Shown here in pieces: positions 1 to 5,895 of a stretch of 5,895 nt of DNA. The number at the start of each line of letters is the position of its first letter. The first letter of the stretch is position 1. The DNA comes from Oopsacas minuta (taxonomy: Eukaryota; Animalia; Porifera). The notes beneath the pieces are model-generated. The model had not been told where the DNA came from. It ran no database searches and saw only the letters and a list, made by a program, of their open reading frames with translations. A program made the position numbers and the translations under genes. The stretch lies in the NCBI GenBank assembly GCA_024704765.1, contig JAKMXF010000200.1, positions 1 to 5,895 on the forward strand, given 5' to 3'.

Positions 1-256
1 TCATGGATTCGAGCGGAGTTGGCAAAAAGGAAGCACTTTTCTTTTGCTAAAAATACGAAATTTTGAAGGAGCTTGATGCAGATAATACAACATGACGAGA
101 ATACAAAAACATAGAATACTACATCGTATAACATGAATAAATTTGGGTGTCATCAGGTATATATTGCATATTTAAAGCTTCCTCGGATTTAGCGACAAAT
201 CGGATATAACGCACCTTTTTGCCTGTCCAAACGAGTGTCGTTAAATCCAATGTTTA

Positions 257-557
257 CTGTATAGGAAATTAACGCGAATGCTCCAATTCGCGTTGATTTC
301 CTGCAATTATACTATTTAGCAAATTTATACAATGGATGGGCAAACTCCCAATTTACATGTATTCCGATGCGTGACTGGTTTGAGAGGATACCATGACTAT
401 CAAGTGGACTGGTTATTTCTTTTTATGTTTAGATAATTTAATAATTTCTTAATATTTATTCGCATAGAATAGTGTATATACAAATGTTCTCCTCTCAATC
501 GCGTTAATTTCATGTATTTGAATATGTTCGGCTCCAATTCACGTTAATTTCCTATAG
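257..557. mobile_element. Putative Tc1/mariner-type MITE (~300 bp, non-autonomous)
   Basis: Terminal inverted repeat TATAGGAAATTAACGCGAAT (260-279) matches ATTCACGTTAATTTCCTATA (537-556) at 19/20. The extreme ends are TA|CTGTATAGG and CCTATAG|TA, and the right end lacks 2 nt. TA flanks both sides (255-256, 558-559). Extra internal copies of the TIR motif lie at 286-302 and 497-511. No transposase ORF. The superfamily is inferred only from the TA flanks. Confidence 0.6.
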
Positions 558-681
558 TAAGGTAGTCTTTGAAAGTAGGTTCTCCCTAAATTTTCATATT
601 TGTGTACTTGATGTACCGAAATATTCAGTAATATATCATATTTGTACTCAGTCTACACGATTGCCTTAGTATAGCCATTGA

Positions 682-1047
682 CAGTGTTCCCCCAAGTCAA
701 GTTATGGGTCACATTTGGTCGGCCTCATGGCCTGTTTTATCGGCCCAAAACTATCTAATTTACGGCATAGTTTCTGCTGGAGATTACGACATTTTACAGA
801 AGATACAAATGAAACCCAACATCGATGCAAAATTATCATTGAGTGTAGAAAATATAATTCGAAATAATATAATAAACCAGTATTCCACAGGGAAAATCGC
901 GCAAACTTTAGATTATGATTGGCTATAGGAATTTTGAAATATTCATTTTGATCGGCTGCAGATCCGAATTGACCGGCCGTCGGAATGCTAAATTGGCGTT
1001 TTGGGCTGCCAGCCAGCCGGCCAGGCAAACGCTTAGGGGGAACACTG
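682..1047. mobile_element. hAT-superfamily MITE / non-autonomous element (366 bp)
   Basis: Perfect 12-bp TIRs CAGTGTTCCCCC (682-693) and GGGGGAACACTG (1036-1047), extendable by AAG after one indel. Perfect 8-bp target-site duplication GCCATTGA at 674-681 and 1048-1055. Subterminal regions are GC-rich with repeated CGGC(C) motifs and the core is AT-rich. An 8-bp TSD plus short CAG-starting TIRs is characteristic of hAT. Confidence 0.9.
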
Positions 1048-1225
1048 GCCATTGAAAGTGTGATTTTAATTCAAAATATAGTTTGCTCACATTTTGTACC
1101 TAAAAGGAAACAATTGCTCAAAATATTTAGCACAGTGTGCTTGATTATGTCAATATAGTCATTGAAGTATGATACAAAATCAAATTTCACTTTGCTTACT
1201 TTAATTACAATTTTCAATATGGGTA

Positions 1226-1312
1226 GGGGGCACCCCCAAACTTGAGGAGCCTCAAAATTCCATGGAATATTGGTCCTATAAGGGACCAACATTTCGTAGA
1301 ATTTTGGTACCA
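1226..1312. repeat. Tandem cluster of short palindromes / hairpins
   Basis: GGGGG-ca-CCCCC (1226-1237), TTGAGG-ag-CCTCAA (1242-1255), ATTCCATGGAAT (1257-1268), TTGGTCC-tataag-GGACCAA (1270-1289), TGGTACCA (1305-1312). Confidence 0.8.
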
Positions 1313-1474
1313 CTGGCAATTTACCAAGTCTACCAAATTTCGGTTTACAGTCGATTTGAATGTTGAATAATCTAGCATAGATTCGAACCGTATTTCATAA
1401 GTTAGAGCCTCTAAAAATTCCAATCTACAAATACCACCAAAAGTAGGAAACTTAATTTTAACACTGAATTAACA

Positions 1475-1588
1475 CAGGTCTCTCTACATTAAGAGATTCG
1501 AAATCGTGAAATTCGTGAAAAATCTCACGATTATATCGGGATATGTACGACTTTGGATTAATTTCGTATGAAATCAAGGATTCTCTAG
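1475..1588 (+). repeat. Dispersed ~115-bp repeat, copy A (possible DNA-transposon end), with an 11-9-11 hairpin core
   Basis: Aligns to the reverse complement of 4419-4534. Core 1502-1532 AATCGTGAAAT-TCGTGAAAA-ATCTCACGATT is 28/31 identical, and the whole copy is roughly 70% identical by hand alignment. It starts CAGGTCTCTC and ends GGATTCTCTAG. Confidence 0.75.
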
Positions 1589-2848
1589 GCCGGTACTCGA
1601 CAAATCGGGTGGAATCCGCCAAAATACCGTATGTTTTGGCTTAGTTATGCAAGGTGGTGGCTAATTTATCCACTACGGAATTTCATTTTCGCCCAGCACT
1701 GATATAGACTGAAAATCGTGGGACACACGACAAGATCGTCCTTTGGGGATATACAATAGGCAAAGACATCTCCCGTAAATTCGAACTATCACTGCAGAGT
1801 TGTAGGAAACGGGGGCTCTGGATGCTGGCGCCCCCATTTTTTTCAGAAATATTTGCTGTGTCTATCAATGCGGTGTTGCGTATTTGTGTACTACATATTT
1901 TTACTTGTTTGCATTGTACATCCAGCCCTCGCCGTTCGATGTTTCGATTATTCACGGAAAATATTCTGTCTCGTTTTTCCGCACGCGATGTATTGCCTCG
2001 TTTATTCGCTGTTTTTGTCACGAGTTATGTCAGCTTGGTAGAAAATTTTATATTTTGTTGCATTACTATGGCGACAATGTATATTTTTCTCGATAAACAG
2101 CCCACTTACATTGGACCTTTTATCTAATTCAACATATCTAGTGTTTTGTGGTATTTAATCAAGTGAAAACAGAAACTTCTCGTATTAATAATAAGCAAGT
2201 TTTACCCTCTTATGCTCACACAAGTAATATATTTAATTCATTGAAAACAATTAACCTTTTAAAACTCAATTATTTGCATAATTACATTCCGATCATAATT
2301 AGTATCACTTACTGTTTGTCATTTTGTAATCTAAGAACGTAACCCCACTATTCTCATTGAAGTAACCTCTTGCCGTTTCGCGACAATTCTGAGGAACATA
2401 ATCCCCTCGAATGGCGAGTGCTGCCTATACAGTGTAAATATACATTTAAACACACCAAAATGCTAGCTACTTTCACAGTTGCAACTGAGTCAAGTGATCA
2501 TATAATGTCATTTTTGCGCTTATATGGCTCAAAGGAAGCTGGACGCTGACATTATTTCTTGATTTTTAATTCAAACAATTTTTTCCTTTGAAACTCTCGC
2601 ATATGCATGAATCCTATACTCACCTAATTCATCCGATAATTCGAACTTCTAGCTTCTACAATTAGTTAATGTAACAAAATTTTGTTATTCAATGATAATT
2701 TATAACAAATGCCTTAACACATTGAACATTCCCTTGCTCTGTTAATAGTCAAGCGAGGTTAACTATATACATTGATTAGTTACATAGCAGATTGTATACA
2801 TTTCTTCATAGTCCACACAAGTATTTTTTCCTTGTGCACTTATGTGAA

Positions 2849-2884
2849 ACATATATACGTGTGTGTATATATATATATATATGC
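2849..2884. repeat. Compound (AT)/(GT)/(TA) microsatellite, 36-nt alternating purine-pyrimidine tract
   Basis: ACATATATACGTGTGTGTATATATATATATATATGC, including (TA)8T at 2866-2882. Confidence 0.9.
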
Positions 2885-3021
2885 CTATTAAATATTACTA
2901 TATATACTTGTTTGAAAATTGTGAAAAAATTTTATAATCGTTCTCCTTAGTGTAATTCTTTGGTTATTAGCTAGATCTTCACTTTAAATATTTGTCATCT
3001 TATTAGTCACAGAAAAGTACT

Positions 3022-3472
3022 ATGTATATCATGGCTGTAAGTATTGGAATTGATTAGATACATTAAATTCGAATCTCAGTACATACTAAAACTATAATAG
3101 TCATAATACGTACTTACAACTCAAAAGTTGACTCTCATTCATTTAATCATACAATCTCTATTCGAATTTTATTTCAATATTTGTATTCATCTGTAGGTAT
3201 ACATTGCTGGAGTAACTGGAGCGGTAGTAGTTGGTGCAATTACAGCCCCATTAGTATTACCAGCCATTGGATTTGGTTCAACAGGTGTAATTGCTGGTAG
3301 TATAGCAGCTAGCATGCAGGGTCCAGCTGTAGCCGCAGGATCATGGTTTGCATTGGGTCAGAGTATCGGAGCAACAGTAACAACAATTGGTGCTATGAAG
3401 GCAGGAGGTGCTGTAGGTGGAGCTGTTGGAACTGTTGTGGCTGCTACAGCTAGAGTTCTGGTGAAGTTCTGA
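3022..3472 (+). CDS. IFI27L: Interferon alpha-inducible protein 27-like / IFI6-IFI27 (ISG12, Ifi-6-16 family) small membrane protein; join(3022 or 3031..3036,3197..3472), 96 or 93 aa. The symbol is family-level, not an orthology call.
   Basis: Exon 2 (3197-3472) reads VYIAGVTGAVVVGAITAPLVLPAIGFGSTGVIAGSIAASMQGPAVAAGSWFALGQSIGATVTTIGAMKAGGAVGGAVGTVVAATARVLVKF* (TGA 3470-3472). It contains the family motifs GF-x-x-x-G-[IV]-x-AGS-x-AA and V-x-AGS-x-x-A-x-x-QS-x-GA. It is a GC-richer, codon-patterned island in AT-rich DNA. An in-frame TAG directly precedes it (3194-3196, the acceptor), so an upstream exon is required. ATG TAT ATC ATG GCT|GTAAGT at 3022-3042 supplies one in phase 0. Exon 2 is high confidence. 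The exact start (3022, 3031, or a further upstream exon via acceptor-like CACAG at 3008-3012) is less certain. Confidence 0.9.
3037..3196 (+). other. Spliceosomal GT-AG intron of the IFI27-like gene (160 nt, phase 0)
   Basis: Consensus donor GTAAGT at 3037-3042 and T-rich acceptor ...TTTGTATTCATCTGTAG ending at 3196. Splicing joins ATG GCT to GTA TAC ATT in frame. Confidence 0.8.
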
Positions 3473-4302
3473 ATTCTACTTCTACGTGACTTACTTTGAG
3501 CAGTTGCTGTCTTGGTTTGAGCATTTTAGAATATAAGATTTAACTTGAAGTACTAGATATGTATAATGGTGTTGTTTTGTTTTGTTACTAGTTACTAGCA
3601 TTTTAGATGTTTAGCATCGAATTTGTCTACTGTATTTTGGCATTTTCTGATATTAATTCCTTCATAACTGAACAAGCACTTGACTCGTCGCTCTGTCCTC
3701 AAGGTATACATGAGCGTAGGAGATAGGATCGCCAATTACTGATGGCAATCAGGGAAGCTCGCCAGCAATAGGCTTAATATTTCTTTGATAATTGATAAAG
3801 GACATACGATGGAAACCGGTTTATTCTAGCACCAGTGTAGCAGCCCCAGAAATAATCTGGGTTAAGAAAGAATATATCCCCGACTATGAAGTGGGATAGC
3901 CCAGATATGCCAGGGGTAATCGAGCATGTAGGTTCATATCTTTCACGCCTTTTGCCCATATTTCCAATTGATGCTAGAGATTTTGTTTCAAAAGTTAGAC
4001 GGGATAATTTTAGGATAATTATTTTGAATATTATCCATAGGATTTGAGGATATAACATGAAGTACATTGGGGGTCGAATAATATTGAATATCCTGATATA
4101 TTTATCTGATCCAGGAGCCCAAAATCAGTCGGGGTATGGTGCATTAGGGCATTTACACAGCGGGCCAGGGGGTCGTGCCTCCCTGAAAAGAACAAAATAC
4201 AACCCTGAGCTGCACTACCAGTCTGTCGACTGGACATTTTTGAATTATTCTAACTATTTTGACCTACAAAGAAATGATTAAAACACACGGTTTCCACTTT
4301 AT

Positions 4303-4334
4303 ATTGATTGATTTATTTATTTTATTTATTATTG
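4303..4334. repeat. Imperfect (ATTG)/(ATTT)n simple repeat
   Basis: ATTGATTGATTTATTTATTTTATTTATTATTG. Confidence 0.75.
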
Positions 4335-4418
4335 AATTATATGTGCAGCAATGAGAGTTAATCTGGATAACTCTAATTCTTCATGCTCACAACTAGTACT
4401 CAATATGCTTTGCAGACA

Positions 4419-4534
4419 CTACAGAATCCCTGGTCTTTTCATAGAAACTAACACTAGATTGCACATCTAATGATTGAATCGTGAGATCTTTGACGAATCT
4501 CACGATTTGGAAGGCTTCCAGGTTGAGAGCCCTT
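4419..4534 (-). repeat. Dispersed ~115-bp repeat, copy B, inverted relative to copy A
   Basis: Contains the perfect hairpin AATCGTGAGAT-CTTTGACGA-ATCTCACGATT (4477-4507). The reverse complement starts AAGGGCTCTC (copy A: CAGGTCTCTC) and ends CAGGGATTCTGTAG (copy A: CAAGGATTCTCTAG). Confidence 0.75.
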
Positions 4535-4662
4535 ATGTACGTGACAAAGTTTGGCAAGTGCATACTTCACATGAAATAATATCCTTCAAACCCGGTATCA
4601 TAGTGCCAGATGTCCTCCCGGACCTGTGACACTAGGGTGAGAAGATCTACAAGTTCTGATGA

Positions 4663-4965
4663 AGATTCAAACCTGAATCTTTATCAGAACTTGTTGGTAA
4701 TAAAAAACAGATAAATTATTTGAATAAATTCCTGAAATATTGTCTGTCTCGAGCTGCTCCTTTTATCCTCCATCTATCTGGTCCTCCTGGTTGCGGTAAA
4801 TGTACAGCTCTTCGGGTACTAGGTAATGAGTTGGAGATGGATCTGATAGAATGGAATTCACCTACTGCTGTATTGACCAATACTGATATTGATGAAGATG
4901 ATCCTATAACATATACAGAAGGACAATTGAAAACGTTCTAATTATTCCTAATAATTAATAAATAC
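4663..4965 (+). pseudogene. RAD17: RAD17 (Rad24) checkpoint clamp-loader fragment, N-terminal AAA+ region, probably a pseudogene
   Basis: Frame 4663-4938 reads RFKPESLSELVGNKKQINYLNKFLKYCLSRAAPFILHLSGPPGCGKCTALRVLGNELEMDLIEWNSPTAVLTNTDIDEDDPITYTEGQLKTF. This includes the clamp-loader [KR][YF]xP...EL N-terminal motif, Walker A GPPGCGK (4780-4800) and the RAD17-typical EW-x-[NS]P motif. After TAA (4939-4941) the frame continues LFLIINKY, resembling RAD17 FL-x-x-x-x-KY. Two TGA codons (4657-4662) sit immediately upstream with no good acceptor. No Walker B region was found downstream in the window. RAD17 identity is fairly secure, pseudogene status less so. Confidence 0.75.
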
Positions 4966-5895
4966 TCTTCTTATTCTGAAACATCTTTGAATTACACCCT
5001 GATGAATTACATTTGAAATTTTCAAGTTAGTTTTTACACTAAGGCCACTGTTAGTTGGGAAACATGTTTCTGCTCCACCGCCCGCATCGGATTTGGCTAC
5101 CTCACTAATATTGTCAATATTCTCATTATTTTACTATTTACTCAAATGTATTTCAACTACAAGTTGTATAAACTGGGTAGAGTACAATAGAAGTATCTTT
5201 TTCATAGTCTAGCATATTCTCATATCAAATTTGACTTTAGTAATTATAATATTTTTATGAAGGACGTCAATGAACCAATTTCCAGCTGATACCTCACAAA
5301 ATAATGAGATAATGATAATGAACCGCTCGCCTACATGCATGTTTAGGTGGATCTAATGTGGAGCCGAAACAAGTTTCTCATTAACAATGGCCTAATTTAT
5401 TATTCGAACAATACAACCAACAGTGATAATTTTATGGATATCTTATATCCATCCCCTTAACATGGGAATTGTATGTCAGCTTTATTCTGATGATTGTAAA
5501 ATCAGAGTATTCAATTGCTTTACAAAGAGAGCACAAATGTACGAATCAATAATGGAAATACGTACGTATCATCGTTATGTATCATCTGAGAATCGTAAAT
5601 GTTTTTCATAGCAGCATCCCTTAATGGGAAGCAACAGTAATATTATGTCTCAACAACATAAACTTATATGGTTATCATTAGTTAAACAGAACTTATCACA
5701 TTGCTAGCGCATTAACTTCCCACTGGACTATACTCAATTTTATTACCGCAAGTATTTTCTATTACATTCTTATTGTATCTTTTAGTAACTAAGTCGCATA
5801 CAGCACCTAGAGACAGAAAGAAACTTCTGATAGTAAAAGATATTCCTAACGTAATCCTCCGTACACCATCTCTAATGCAAGAAGTACTTAGACTA

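Noticed and set aside
1-66. Open frame from the window edge, SWIRAELAKRKHFSFAKNTKF*
   Set aside because: Too short and not recognisable. It may be the end of an exon, but this cannot be supported from the window.
21-223. 10-bp inverted repeat GGCAAAAAGG (21-30) / CCTTTTTGCC (214-223)
   Set aside because: It does not extend, has no TSD and is low complexity, so it is compatible with chance.
702-1052. ORFs 702-1052 (-) and 704-928 (+)
   Set aside because: They lie essentially within the 366-bp hAT MITE and show no transposase or other recognisable motifs.
1293-1301. GAS/STAT-like site TTCGTAGAA
   Set aside because: Only six specified bases, 1.7 kb from the gene, and expected by chance in AT-rich DNA.
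1380-1389. tRNA B-box-like GGTTCGAATC on the - strand
   Set aside because: No A-box at proper spacing, poor T-stem pairing and no cloverleaf, so neither a tRNA nor a convincing SINE head.
1071-1423. ORFs 1071-1319 (-) and 1214-1423 (-)
   Set aside because: No recognisable domain or codon pattern, and they overlap the palindrome cluster.
2148-2342. ORF 2148-2342 (+)
   Set aside because: Very AT-rich, low-complexity translation with no motif.
3774-4237. Minus-strand ORFs 3774-4067 and 4031-4237 (the latter has a DFG tripeptide)
   Set aside because: No other kinase motifs (HRD, VAIK, APE in the right order) and no recognisable family.
4657-4941. Stop-codon reassignment (TAA=Gln or TGA=Trp) rescuing RAD17
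   Set aside because: Both TAA and TGA would need reassigning, the IFI27-like gene ends normally at TGA, and the Walker A change independently suggests decay.
5059-5070. Palindrome GAAACATGTTTC containing a p53-type half-site
   Set aside because: Single half-site with no matching adjacent half-site.
5423-5630. ORF 5423-5611 (+), a degenerate repeat CATCCC(C)TTAA(CA)TGGGAA (5450-5468, 5615-5630) and small palindromes (5434-5452, 5558-5569)
   Set aside because: The ORF is unrecognisable and is not a RAD17 continuation. The repeats are short, gapped and AT-rich, with no supporting structure.
1-5895. CRISPR array, prokaryotic operon or defence system, rRNA
   Set aside because: No regularly spaced direct repeats, no dense ORF packing and no rRNA signatures. 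The window has a spliceosomal intron and eukaryotic MITEs.

Overview
AT-rich eukaryotic genomic DNA, probably animal-like (GT-AG spliceosomal intron, DNA-transposon MITEs). No prokaryotic features or CRISPR array were seen. The main gene is a small two-exon IFI6/IFI27 (ISG12, Ifi-6-16 family) membrane-protein gene at 3022-3472 (+). The ORF track misses it because its start codon lies in a 2-5 codon first exon. A decayed, truncated RAD17 clamp-loader fragment lies at about 4663-4965 (+). The rest is a patchwork of non-autonomous repeats: a Tc1/mariner-like MITE (257-557), a hAT MITE with a perfect 8-bp TSD (682-1047), a train of short palindromes (1226-1312), and two diverged ~115-bp repeats in inverted orientation (1475-1588 and 4419-4534) that bracket the IFI27-like gene. 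Most ORFs in the supplied track look spurious. All alignments were done by hand and no database search was run. The best lead is the possible transposon-like unit around the ISG12-family gene, but it has no TSD and is unproven.
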